NCBI GenBank assembly: GCA_903835075.1
Contig: CAILLM010000008.1
Span: forward strand, 25,498 to 89,497
Reading direction: 5' to 3'
Origin: Candidatus Staskawiczbacteria bacterium
GTDB lineage: Bacteria; Patescibacteriota; Minisyncoccia; Minisyncoccales; Staskawiczbacteraceae
Length of the DNA stretch: 64,000 bases
Shown here: positions 49,039 to 58,390 of the stretch, in pieces
Position numbering within the stretch: the stretch's first letter is position 1
How the letters are laid out: each line of letters starts with the position of its first letter
The notes under the pieces: generated by a model
What the model was told of the DNA's origin: nothing
What the model saw: only the letters and a program-made list of their open reading frames with translations
Database searches by the model: none
Position numbers and translations under genes: made by a program

Positions 49039-50433
49039 TTAAAATTTTACAACTTGTATTAAACCGTCTATCTTATCTTCTCCAAATGTTAAAGTATATT
49101 TATATTCTCCATAAGTTTGAACTTCCACTTCAATTGTTACATTCTTCTCTCCAATTTTATAAGAATATGGTGAATTCATTTTATTTCTAAGCATATCAAC
49201 AATAACCTTTTTGTCTATTCTTGCATAAAACTGCCCTTTATTGTTGGCGTGCCTATGAAATACCAACGGGTCAGCCACCAACATTTTAATCGAATCCATA
49301 AATCTGTTCCTCGCCCTATCTCTAATTTCCGCCCACTTTCTATTACTCTCTTCGTTTTTTAATTTTCTTTGCGCAGCAACGTTTACCTCGCCCGACGAGC
49401 TTATTCTCGATTGTAATATTTGCGATTCAGACAGTCTCTTTGCAATACGATTCCAATTATTAAGTGGTTCCCTTCGTAAAATATTTACAATTTCTTCTTT
49501 AGTACTAAAAATTTTTTCCAGTTCACGTATCGCCTTCACTGCATTGAGGACCATTTTCCTGTATTTATCATCACTAACGCCATTTTTCTCATGAAATTTA
49601 TAATTCTTAATCAAAATTGTATCAATTGCATTAAAAGAATATTCCTCGTCAACATCAGCTTCAATATAAAAAGACAGCAATTCGTCGCGAGTGGATCTTT
49701 CTAACTTGGAATCAGTCAAAATTGCATCTATATTTATAACCGAAAATTCTTTATGCTGGATTTCGTGCTTAAGCGTAGACTCAGAATTCATTGATGTGGC
49801 AGTCAAAGGAACACCGTCATAATGATAACTAAGCCCAACTCCAGAAAGATTTCTTTTTATTCCTTTATGATTTTTTTCAACAAATAATTCAAAGTCTACT
49901 TGTTTTTCAAATATAAAATCAAAAGAAAGTGCATTTCTAACAATTTTATACCCACCATGTAACTTTGCTTCTGACAAACGCCAAGCAGAATATCTTTTTA
50001 ACAAGTCTTCGTCGGGGTGCAATGACGCACGCTTGATCACAGAATAATCAGAATCAAAATTACGGAGAATCCGTGTGGCTATTTGGCGATCATCTTCCGT
50101 AAAATCCGGATCATCAAAAAGTTGGTCTATGTGAGCAGTCAATAAAATGCTGGTCAGCGTTCCGCGACTATGTTGCTGTCTTATATATTCAAAAATTCCA
50201 GCCTGCAATTCAGCAATTTTTAATCTTTTCTCGACCAATTTTTCTTTCAGCGACTCCAGCCCTGCCTCTCTTAAATAGCTAGGCAATTTTAATACGTCCG
50301 AAGGTTTTTTAAGTCCTTCAAATTTTAATTCTTGCTCGGGTTCTAGGGGTTCCTGAACAATGGTCATTTCTGCTTCTGCTTCTACTGTGTTATTAGGTGG
50401 CTCCGAACGGTCGCCTGAAATAAATTCATTCAT
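49039..50433 (-). CDS. Hypothetical protein
   Basis: Long ORF; ATG at 50433; HEIQH (HExxH) present. Confidence 0.65.
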   Translation of the reverse strand: MNEFISGDRSEPPNNTVEAEAEMTIVQEPLEPEQELKFEGLKKPSDVLKLPSYLREAGLESLKEKLVEKRLKIAELQAGIFEYIRQQHSRGTLTSILLTAHIDQLFDDPDFTEDDRQIATRILRNFDSDYSVIKRASLHPDEDLLKRYSAWRLSEAKLHGGYKIVRNALSFDFIFEKQVDFELFVEKNHKGIKRNLSGVGLSYHYDGVPLTATSMNSESTLKHEIQHKEFSVINIDAILTDSKLERSTRDELLSFYIEADVDEEYSFNAIDTILIKNYKFHEKNGVSDDKYRKMVLNAVKAIRELEKIFSTKEEIVNILRREPLNNWNRIAKRLSESQILQSRISSSGEVNVAAQRKLKNEESNRKWAEIRDRARNRFMDSIKMLVADPLVFHRHANNKGQFYARIDKKVIVDMLRNKMNSPYSYKIGEKNVTIEVEVQTYGEYKYTLTFGEDKIDGLIQVVKF

Positions 50434-50464
50434 ATTAGATTCAAAATAATATTTATTGATTATA

Positions 50465-51970
50465 CTACAAATTCTCCGTATGGTCACGGATAACTTTCAT
50501 AAATTGCCTGCCAAATTGCTCTAGTTTACGGTCGGCTACGCCGTAAATTTCCAAAAAATCTTCTGGGGTTTCTGGCATATCTTTGGCCATTTGGATTAAA
50601 GCTCTATCGCCAAAAACTACATAGGGTGGCACGTGCAGACGTTGCGCTTCTTGAGTTCTTAATATTTTTAATTTTTCAAACAATGTTTTATCATAATCTT
50701 CATTTTCAATATCAACTTGTTGCGCCAATGTATTTTTTACTCCACTAAGAAAAGAAGGCAATCCTGAATTACTGTTAGTCGCAGACTTTCCCACGCATTT
50801 ATCACAATTCCCGCAATTTTCTTCTTGGTAATCTTCATTGAAATAATTAAGCAAAAATTTACGCCGACAGCTGTTTAAATTTCCATAATTTAAAACCTGA
50901 TTAAGATTTTCCTGAGCCTTTTCCCGTTCATCATAGTCTTTGATATTATTTATGAAATAATCCTGCTTAAATTTATCAGCATATGAAAAAAATAAAACGC
51001 ATTTAGCCGGCAACCCATCTCTTCCCGCACGTCCGGTCTCCTGATAATAACCTTCAATAGATTTTGGCAAACTGTGATGAATAACCAGTCTCACATCGGG
51101 TTTATCTATTCCCATCCCAAAAGCAATTGTGGCAACAATAATGCCAACTTCGTCCTTAATAAATTTTTCCTGATTTTCTTTTCTAGTTTTGGCATTCAAC
51201 CCAGCGTGGTAAGCAGCGGCACTAAAACCATAACTTTTTAATTTACCCACCATTGCTTCGGTATCATTACGCGAAAAGCAATAAATAATTATACTGGAAT
51301 TTTTATGCTCGCGCACAAGATTTAAAATTGAAGCAAAAGAATCTTTTTTAGGCAACACTTCATAGCTTAAATTCGGGCGATTAAAACTGGAAATAAACAT
51401 TTTGGGATTTTCAAGTGAAAGCTGTTTTACAATATCTACCCGCACTTCTTCGGTAGCGGTGGCTGTTAGTGCAATAATCGGAACGCCGGGAAAATTTTCG
51501 CGCAACACTGTTAAATTGCGATATTCTGGTCTAAAATCATGCCCCCATTGCGAGATACAATGGGCCTCGTCAATTGCAATAACGTTAATGCAAAGAGCAT
51601 GTAAAAAATCTTCAAATCCAGGAACGCCAAGTCTTTCGGGAGCTATATAAATAATTTTTAATTTTCCAGTACTCGCACGTTCCATAACTTCCGCATTTTT
51701 TTGGGGTGTAAGACTGCTGTTAATAAAATCAGCCGAAATACCATTCGCAACAAGTGAATCCACCTGGTCTTTCATTAACGAAATAAGAGGAGAAATTACA
51801 ATTGCAACGCCTTCTAAAATCAAGGCCGGCAACTGAAAACACAAAGATTTTCCGCCTCCCGTGGGCATCAAAACCACAGAGTCATTCCCCATCAACACCC
51901 TTTCAATAATTTCTTTTTGTAACGGCCGAAATGTTTCGTATCCAAAATATTTTTTTAATATATTTTCCAT
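50465..51970 (-). CDS. recQ: RecQ family helicase
   Basis: PTGGGKS, DEAHCISQWGHDFRP, QETGRAGRDG, Zn domain, HRDC. Confidence 0.95.
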   Translation of the reverse strand: MENILKKYFGYETFRPLQKEIIERVLMGNDSVVLMPTGGGKSLCFQLPALILEGVAIVISPLISLMKDQVDSLVANGISADFINSSLTPQKNAEVMERASTGKLKIIYIAPERLGVPGFEDFLHALCINVIAIDEAHCISQWGHDFRPEYRNLTVLRENFPGVPIIALTATATEEVRVDIVKQLSLENPKMFISSFNRPNLSYEVLPKKDSFASILNLVREHKNSSIIIYCFSRNDTEAMVGKLKSYGFSAAAYHAGLNAKTRKENQEKFIKDEVGIIVATIAFGMGIDKPDVRLVIHHSLPKSIEGYYQETGRAGRDGLPAKCVLFFSYADKFKQDYFINNIKDYDEREKAQENLNQVLNYGNLNSCRRKFLLNYFNEDYQEENCGNCDKCVGKSATNSNSGLPSFLSGVKNTLAQQVDIENEDYDKTLFEKLKILRTQEAQRLHVPPYVVFGDRALIQMAKDMPETPEDFLEIYGVADRKLEQFGRQFMKVIRDHTENL

Positions 51971-52024
51971 AAAGTTATTGTAACAAAAAAATTGCCGAAA
52001 AGGCAATTTTTTATAAATAGGCAG

Positions 52025-52372
52025 TTATTTTATCAAATAATTCAGAGTTGGCACAATGGAATTACGACCTGCGAGACACTCCTTAATAAGATATTCCTCT
52101 CCCGTATCCTTAAAAATATAAAGCCAATCATAAGCATGTGGCTTTGTCTTTTTTACTACATAACCCTTTGAATTAGAATGAATTCTTCTTAGGGCGACTT
52201 CTTTTGTACTACTATATCTAACCTGCACTTTATTTAATTTTTTACCCACATCAACAACCAAATCATATGAAGCAGACTCCGTAACAGGTATTGAAACGTC
52301 GAAGCCCATTTTTGTAAATCTTGCGATTGCCTGTGCAACCGCTATGTCGCCCTTTCTTTGTGTAGTTCTCAT
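52025..52372 (-). CDS. PD-(D/E)XK nuclease of the group I intron-associated (PDDEXK_5) type
   Basis: KGDIA...G..VSIP.....YDLVVD......VQV pattern. Confidence 0.75.
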   Translation of the reverse strand: MRTTQRKGDIAVAQAIARFTKMGFDVSIPVTESASYDLVVDVGKKLNKVQVRYSSTKEVALRRIHSNSKGYVVKKTKPHAYDWLYIFKDTGEEYLIKECLAGRNSIVPTLNYLIK

Positions 52373-52464
52373 TAGCTTAATTATAAACGGTATGCAATAC
52401 TGGTGTCAATAATGTTTTCATGAATTGACTTCAAGCTATTTTAGGGTTAGAATAAAAGTCAATT

Positions 52465-52552
52465 GGAGGAGTCGCATAGCGGCTATTGCACTTGTCTTGA
52501 AAACAAGAATCCTTTACGGGATTCGTGGGTTCGAGTCCCACCTCCTCCGCCA
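52465..52552 (+). tRNA. tRNA-Ser(TGA)
   Basis: GGAGGAG/CTCCTCC, CTTGT-CTTGAAA-ACAAG, long variable arm, encoded CCA. Confidence 0.95.
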
Positions 52553-52571
52553 AGACAATACAATTTAATAT

Positions 52572-52655
52572 GGAGGAGTCGTATAATGGTTATTACAAGA
52601 GATTGCTAATCTCTGCCCCGTAAGGGGCTTGTGGGTTCGAGTCCCACCTCCTCCG
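52572..52655 (+). tRNA. tRNA-Ser(GCT)
   Basis: GGAGGAG/CTCCTCC, AGAGA-TTGCTAA-TCTCT, long variable arm. Confidence 0.95.
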
Positions 52656-52681
52656 CCGACAATCTCTCGTCGCAAACTTAA

Positions 52682-52753
52682 GTCCCCGTAGCTCAATGGA
52701 TAGAGCGCAACCCTGCGAAGGTTGAAATGCAGGTTCAACTCCTACCGGGGACA
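52682..52753 (+). tRNA. tRNA-Arg(GCG)
   Basis: GTCCCCG/CGGGGAC, CAACC-CTGCGAA-GGTTG. Confidence 0.92.
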
Positions 52754-52763
52754 CATCAAAAAT

Positions 52764-53510
52764 ATGAACTCAAAAAAAAGAACATCCTTAATTATAATTT
52801 TAGTTTTGTTAGCTGGGGTTGGAGTAGCTAGTTATTTTTATTTTAATGTACCAAATTTATCAAAAAAATCTACTCCTAGTCAGCTTACAAAAATAACTAT
52901 TCAGGATAAAACAATAAACGACAATACAAATCCATTTGTTATAAAAATTACTTATCCAGAAATTGCAGGACTAACTGACTTCAACCAAAAAGCAAAAGCA
53001 ATTGTTGATAAAGAAATTTTAGATTTTAAAAAAAACTCTTTAGCGAATGATGCAGCAGTAAAAGCAACAGATCCCACCGGCTACGCACAGTTTCCAAGAC
53101 AATACGAACTAGATATTAGCTATGATAAGGGCGAAATAGACAACAATATTACAAGTGTTGTTTTTAATATTTATAATTTTGAAGGCGGAGCTCATGGAGC
53201 AAGCTATTTTATTCCGTTAAATTACGACATAAAAAATAAAAAACAAATGGTGCTTGATGATTTATTCCCTAACCAGCTAAATTTCTTACAAAAAATTTCT
53301 GACTACTGCATCAAAGATTTAGAAAAACAAATGGTTGCTAATGGATCAATAGACATGTCAGATAACTCTTGGATACAAGAAGGAGCTGGACCCAAGGGAG
53401 AAAATTATAGAAGTTTTTTAATCAATAAAAATAATATTATTTTCTATTTCCAACAATACCAAGTAGCGGCTGGAGCTGCCGGAGACTTTAAAGTCACAAT
53501 GCCCCGCTAA
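52764..53510 (+). CDS. DUF3298/DUF4163 (RsiV/PdaC-like) membrane-anchored protein
   Basis: TM; GGAHG, LNYD, L.DLF, FQQYQVAAGAAG. Confidence 0.8.
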   Translation: MNSKKRTSLIIILVLLAGVGVASYFYFNVPNLSKKSTPSQLTKITIQDKTINDNTNPFVIKITYPEIAGLTDFNQKAKAIVDKEILDFKKNSLANDAAVKATDPTGYAQFPRQYELDISYDKGEIDNNITSVVFNIYNFEGGAHGASYFIPLNYDIKNKKQMVLDDLFPNQLNFLQKISDYCIKDLEKQMVANGSIDMSDNSWIQEGAGPKGENYRSFLINKNNIIFYFQQYQVAAGAAGDFKVTMPR

Positions 53511-53564
53511 CAAAATCCGCGTGCAAACAAAAATCCGCTTTTTATATAGCGGATTTTTATTAGT

Positions 53565-54239
53565 TTAATTCTTTTTGTCAAGCCTACCCCCAGGTTTTTT
53601 TTCATCTTGTTTTCGATCTAAGATGCCCACCTCCTTGGAAGGTTCCATAATAGGAGCAGGCGGTTCAAATAGTTTTGTTTTTTGAAATCTTGCGATAAAA
53701 TCCTGCTGTTCTCTATTTGCCTTAGTTGCGGCCTCCATTTCTAATTTTTGTTTCTCCACTCCAGCTATCCAAGCATCTGAGGATTTCTTTTCAAGAACTT
53801 TTATTTCCCGTTGATTGTCAATGCCAGTAACATAATCTAAAAACCCAACAAAACCAGTAGTATGCTTCTTGCCAGAAAACAAAGATCCTAATCTAGTAAA
53901 TATATTATTCTTAAGAGGGTTGCTCAACTTCTTTATCTCCGCTTCAAGTTCTTCATAACTCCGCCCATCTGAATCTTGTGATTCTTGATGCATACTCTCG
54001 GTAACCTCACGAGGCGCAGTAGAGGGCTCAGTAATTCCTGCTTTTAACGATGCTATTTGTTGCTCTACTTCAGCATCTTGTGTTTCTTTATCAGGTGCTT
54101 TTCGCTTTCCAAATCTTACGTCCTTCACTGCACGACCTTCAGCCTGCGCAGCTAACCCCATTAAAGCCTCTGACACCTCTTTTTGCTCTGGAGTTTCTGC
54201 TGCTTCTTCAGGGGTAACTAATTTTTCTGTTTTTACCAT
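53565..54239 (-). CDS. Hypothetical protein
   Basis: 224-aa ORF with own promoter and terminator. Confidence 0.65.
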   Translation of the reverse strand: MVKTEKLVTPEEAAETPEQKEVSEALMGLAAQAEGRAVKDVRFGKRKAPDKETQDAEVEQQIASLKAGITEPSTAPREVTESMHQESQDSDGRSYEELEAEIKKLSNPLKNNIFTRLGSLFSGKKHTTGFVGFLDYVTGIDNQREIKVLEKKSSDAWIAGVEKQKLEMEAATKANREQQDFIARFQKTKLFEPPAPIMEPSKEVGILDRKQDEKKPGGRLDKKN

Positions 54240-54855
54240 ATTTTTAAAATTTAATTATTTTTATTTAATTCTATACCCACCAAAATAAAAGTCAATAATT
54301 TTATTATTTTGGTTACTCCAGGTTAACATATGTTAACCTGATTTTTTAGTTCTTTCATTCTTTTATACTTTTTCACGTGACGTGAAAAAACATACCACAT
54401 CATATTTTCAGCGATAGCGTAAATTATGATGCTACTAAATAAACAATTTAAAACACAAAAAATCCGTCCTAAATTTATTGCAGGACGGATTTTTTATTAA
54501 ATTAATTATTTTTTTCTACTGGGTTCCTTCCATTCAATTCGTCTATATACTTTTTTTGCTCGGCCGTTAATTCTGCAATACGATTTTCCGCTTCACGCAC
54601 GCTCGCCTCTGCTAGTGCTATGTCTTCTGCCGTTGAAGAATTCTTTGCACTAACAACCCTTAAATAGCTTTTTAAATCTTCTACATCAATCCCCTGTATT
54701 TCATAAAAAAACTCGTTGGCTTTTTCAGCTAATTCTCTTTCGCTTAGAGTAGTTAAGTCTTCTATGATAGGCTCTCCTGATTCTTGTAACATATTTTTAA
54801 AATTTAATTATTTTTATTTAAGTTTATGCCTGCCAAAATAAAAGTCAATAATTTT
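54237..54855 (-). repeat. 66-bp direct repeat (54237-54302 and 54790-54855) covering promoter and start of two ORFs
   Basis: 61/66 identical by manual alignment. Confidence 0.88.
54502..54792 (-). CDS. Hypothetical acidic coiled-coil protein
   Basis: 96-aa ORF with own promoter and terminator. Confidence 0.6.
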   Translation of the reverse strand: MLQESGEPIIEDLTTLSERELAEKANEFFYEIQGIDVEDLKSYLRVVSAKNSSTAEDIALAEASVREAENRIAELTAEQKKYIDELNGRNPVEKNN

Positions 54856-54893
54856 TGTTTACATTGAGCCTGCCGAAATGATAATATAAACAC

Positions 54894-57158
54894 ATGATTA
54901 CATTGGCGACCAAGATAGAGGAAATTCCTAAAGTTGGCGTAGCTTACGCAAAAAAGTTAAAGAAGTTTGGCATAAAAACTGTGCAGGATTTGCTTTTTTA
55001 TTTTCCTGCGCGATACGACGACTTTTCAGAAATAATTTCAATTAAAGAAGCCAAGCAAAGATTGGGTGAAACTGTTTGCGTGCAAGGGCAAATTATCCAA
55101 ATGGAGAGCTCTAACTCTTTTAGAAAATTTATGAGTTTAACGCAAGTCATTATTCAGGATGACACTGGAGAAATTGGCATTATTTGGTACAATCAGCCTT
55201 ATTTAGCAAAGTCTTTAAAAGAAGATGATTTTATTTGCGTGGCAGGGAAAATAAGCTTAGGCAAAGAAGGCATTTATTTTGCTTCACCAACTTATGAACG
55301 CATAAATTATATTGGCGAAAACGAAGAACTAACTCACACAGGCCGAATTGTACCGGTTTATGCCGAAACCCGCGGCGTTACTTCCCGCTGGTTGCGATAT
55401 GTTATAAAACCATTGCTTTACAGGTTTTGTGAACAAATACAAGAATCTTTACCAAAAGAAATAATTAAAAAATACAAATTTTTGCCAATTCAGGAAGCTG
55501 TTTGGCAACTGCATTTTCCAGAATCTTTTGAACATGCCGATGCTGCCAAAGCAAGATTTTCTTTTGAAGAACTTTTTTTAATCCAGCTGAATGTTTTAAA
55601 AGAAAAAATTAAATTAATGGTAAAAAAAGCACATGCTTGCCCAATGGACAATGATTTGCTTAAAAAATTTACCGATTCTTTACCGTTTCAACTAACAGAT
55701 TCTCAAAAAAAATGCGCCTATGCAATTTTAAAGGATTTAGAAAAAACTGTTCCAATGTCGCGGTTGCTTGAAGGCGATGTTGGAAGTGGCAAAACAGTTG
55801 TAGCGGCAATGGCCGCGCTAAACGTAGTCAAAAGCGGGCATGCCGCCTCCGCCAAAGGCTACGGCGAGCCAAGGCAAGTAGCTTTTATGGCTCCAACGGA
55901 AATTTTGGCAAAACAACATTTTAAGTCGATTTCTGAAATGGTAAAACCGTTTGGGGTTACAACCGGCATGTTAACTGGGAAAGATGCTAGAATTTGCAGA
56001 AGCGGAGAAGTCTTTGAGGTTTCCAAAAAAAGTTTACTGGGTGATTTGGAGAATGGCCAGATTGATATTATTATCGGAACTCACTCACTGATACAAAAAG
56101 GAGTAGAATTTTCCCGCCAGGGGCGGGATCCCGCTGGGGCGGGAAAAGATTTGGCTTTAGTAATTTTAGACGAGCAACATCGGTTTGGCGTGGAACAGCG
56201 TGACCACTTAATAAAAAATAAAAAGATTGTCCCCCATTTGCTTTCAATGACCGCCACCCCAATTCCAAGAACTTTGGCTTTAACTGCTTATGGTGATTTA
56301 GATTTATCTTTGATTGATGAAATGCCTGCCAACAGAAAAAAAGTTAAAACAATTATTGTTGAACCACAACAGAGAAAACAAGCTTATGAGTTTATAAAAA
56401 AAGAAGTTTCCGAAGGCAAGGGCGTTTTTGTTATTTTTCCTAAAATAGAAAGCGCTGCTTCAAAACTTGCTGAAACAATTAAAGAAAAAGGCCCAATTAC
56501 AGGGTCAGCAGGATTTGCTGTACAAAATTACCCTACTGCCCCACTTTCTTTGTCATCTTTGGCCATAAACGAAGTTAAATCCTTAAAGGAAGAATACGAA
56601 AGATTGTCAAAAGAAGTTTTCCCGGATTTACGAATTACAATGCTTCACGGAAAAATGAAAGCCCCCGAAAAGGAACGCATTATGTTAGATTTTAAAAAAG
56701 GTGAGATTGATATTTTGCTTTCCACTTCAGTTGTTGAAGTTGGAGTTGATGTTCCCCGCGCCACTATAATGATGATTGAGGGAGCCGAACGTTTTGGGCT
56801 TTCACAACTTCACCAATTCCGCGGACGCGTTGGCCGAAGTGACATGCAATCTTATTGCTTTTTGTTCACCACAGACCCAAGTATGTTAAACAGAAAACGG
56901 TTAAAAGCATTGGTGGAGTCTAACAATGGTTTTGAATTAGCAGAAAAAGATTTGGAAATTAGGGGCCCGGGCAGTTTATATGGCACACAGCAATGGGGAA
57001 TTCCCGACATGGCAATGCAAGGTTTAAATAATATATTTTTGGTTGAAAAAACGCGAGCAGCTGCAAAAGAAATTTTAGAAAAAGATCCAAAACTAGAAAA
57101 GTACCCCGAGCTAAAAGAGCGCCTAAAAGAATTCCAAAAAAGAATTCACTTTGAATAA
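54894..57158 (+). CDS. recG: ATP-dependent DNA helicase RecG
   Basis: GDVGSGKT, DEQHRFG, TATPIPRT, QFRGRVGR, RGPG. Confidence 0.97.
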   Translation: MITLATKIEEIPKVGVAYAKKLKKFGIKTVQDLLFYFPARYDDFSEIISIKEAKQRLGETVCVQGQIIQMESSNSFRKFMSLTQVIIQDDTGEIGIIWYNQPYLAKSLKEDDFICVAGKISLGKEGIYFASPTYERINYIGENEELTHTGRIVPVYAETRGVTSRWLRYVIKPLLYRFCEQIQESLPKEIIKKYKFLPIQEAVWQLHFPESFEHADAAKARFSFEELFLIQLNVLKEKIKLMVKKAHACPMDNDLLKKFTDSLPFQLTDSQKKCAYAILKDLEKTVPMSRLLEGDVGSGKTVVAAMAALNVVKSGHAASAKGYGEPRQVAFMAPTEILAKQHFKSISEMVKPFGVTTGMLTGKDARICRSGEVFEVSKKSLLGDLENGQIDIIIGTHSLIQKGVEFSRQGRDPAGAGKDLALVILDEQHRFGVEQRDHLIKNKKIVPHLLSMTATPIPRTLALTAYGDLDLSLIDEMPANRKKVKTIIVEPQQRKQAYEFIKKEVSEGKGVFVIFPKIESAASKLAETIKEKGPITGSAGFAVQNYPTAPLSLSSLAINEVKSLKEEYERLSKEVFPDLRITMLHGKMKAPEKERIMLDFKKGEIDILLSTSVVEVGVDVPRATIMMIEGAERFGLSQLHQFRGRVGRSDMQSYCFLFTTDPSMLNRKRLKALVESNNGFELAEKDLEIRGPGSLYGTQQWGIPDMAMQGLNNIFLVEKTRAAAKEILEKDPKLEKYPELKERLKEFQKRIHFE

Positions 57159-57215
57159 TTTATAGACTACGCTTACACTGACTTTTCTCCAAACGTTACG
57201 CGTTTTGTAAGGAAC

Positions 57216-57243
57216 AAAAAAACCGCCGAAGGGCGGTTTTTTT
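57216..57243. terminator. Bidirectional terminator after recG
   Basis: aaaaaaaccgcc-gaag-ggcggttttttt. Confidence 0.8.
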
Positions 57244-57411
57244 AATTTCAACTATGAATTCGCCAGTGTAGAACTGATGCGCTCAAGTGTTGGGAGAACT
57301 TATCGCGTTCTCCATGTTTTGTGGCAAGCCACACGTCGGATTGGTTACCGAAGGTATTCGAGAATATGGTCTCAATACCTATGTCGCCTTTACAAAAGAC
57401 GAAAAACGAAT

Positions 57412-57663
57412 TCAGTTATTCAGTGGCAACCCAGCCATTGGACCGCTCAAGATCTGGGCGACGACAGTGCCGTCATCCAGCCTGACGGCCAGATTGTTCC
57501 AATCATACGGCGGCGCGGACGGCATGCTGCCATCCGCCCGGGGATACGGCGTGTGGGAGCTAACCCACATGGCACCTTCGGGCTGGGAGGTGGGGTTGCA
57601 GAGCCATGTGTTCATGCCATCGGTGATAAGGTTCGGACCAATTCGTTTCATTGTGGTTTTCAT
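57412..57663 (-). CDS. Hypothetical protein (GC-richer accessory ORF)
   Basis: Downstream of a consensus minus-strand promoter; ATG start. Confidence 0.45.
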   Translation of the reverse strand: MKTTMKRIGPNLITDGMNTWLCNPTSQPEGAMWVSSHTPYPRADGSMPSAPPYDWNNLAVRLDDGTVVAQILSGPMAGLPLNN

Positions 57664-57878
57664 GATATCAGTATTTTTTTGATTGTTGTTGGAAAGCTGT
57701 TTTAACTTCTTCGATTGTAAAATCTGTTATTGCCTTTCGGCGAATCGAAGTAGTCAATCAAAGCCTACAGGATGGCTCCCTGAATTCGTAGTGAACGCAG
57801 GTTGCTGTGCCTTTTAGAGAAAAGGCACATAAATCTGCGCTCACTTGCTATGTTTTCAATGTACTCTACTATGTCTCT

Positions 57879-57907
57879 ATTATACCACCATTCAGCCACC
57901 TTGTCAA
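57879..57907 (-). promoter_or_regulatory. Perfect-consensus sigma70 promoter
   Basis: TTGACA-17 bp-TATAAT on minus strand. Confidence 0.8.
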
Positions 57908-57991
57908 GGGGTAGAGGACTTTCTACTTCCCTGGCCCAAAACAACAAAAAACCGACCGCTTGGCCAGTTTTTCTATCTTATTATCTTTATT

Positions 57992-58228
57992 TTAATATTC
58001 TAATTTAATTCCGAGTTTTTCAGCAATTTGTAAAAGCCACTTCTCGTGCCGATCAACTTTATGAGAAAGCATTACCAACTCATCAAAAAATTTGTCAGCT
58101 TTTGTTGAGTAAGCATCAACTGAATTCTGAAGTAAATTAAAATTATCCTTTAATTCCTTAAAATCGCTGGCTATTTTGCCAAACTTTTCGTCAAGATATT
58201 CTACTAATTCTGATAAATCTTCTTTCAT
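57992..58228 (-). CDS. Small coiled-coil hypothetical protein
   Basis: MKEDLSELVEYLDEKF...IAEKLGIKLEY. Confidence 0.7.
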   Translation of the reverse strand: MKEDLSELVEYLDEKFGKIASDFKELKDNFNLLQNSVDAYSTKADKFFDELVMLSHKVDRHEKWLLQIAEKLGIKLEY

Positions 58229-58390
58229 ATTTTTATTATACTCTAGCAAAAGTGACTGTCAAATTTTTATTTCCTAATTTTTTCTGTAACCACAAAAACG
58301 TCGCTTCGCTCCTTCAAAACCCACGGTTTTGAATAATTTCCTACACGGGAGGATTTACTAAATCCTCCCGACCCCTCCTAAGATTTTGGG

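Noticed and set aside
56450-56580. Long loop in RecG (AASKLAE...SLAINE) as another element insertion
   Set aside because: Only a weak hairpin and no match to the families defined here; cannot be supported without alignment
57277-57705. Plus-strand ORFs 57277..57705 and 57287..57682
   Set aside because: They begin just after a terminator and oppose a consensus minus-strand promoter; minus ORF preferred, though uncertain
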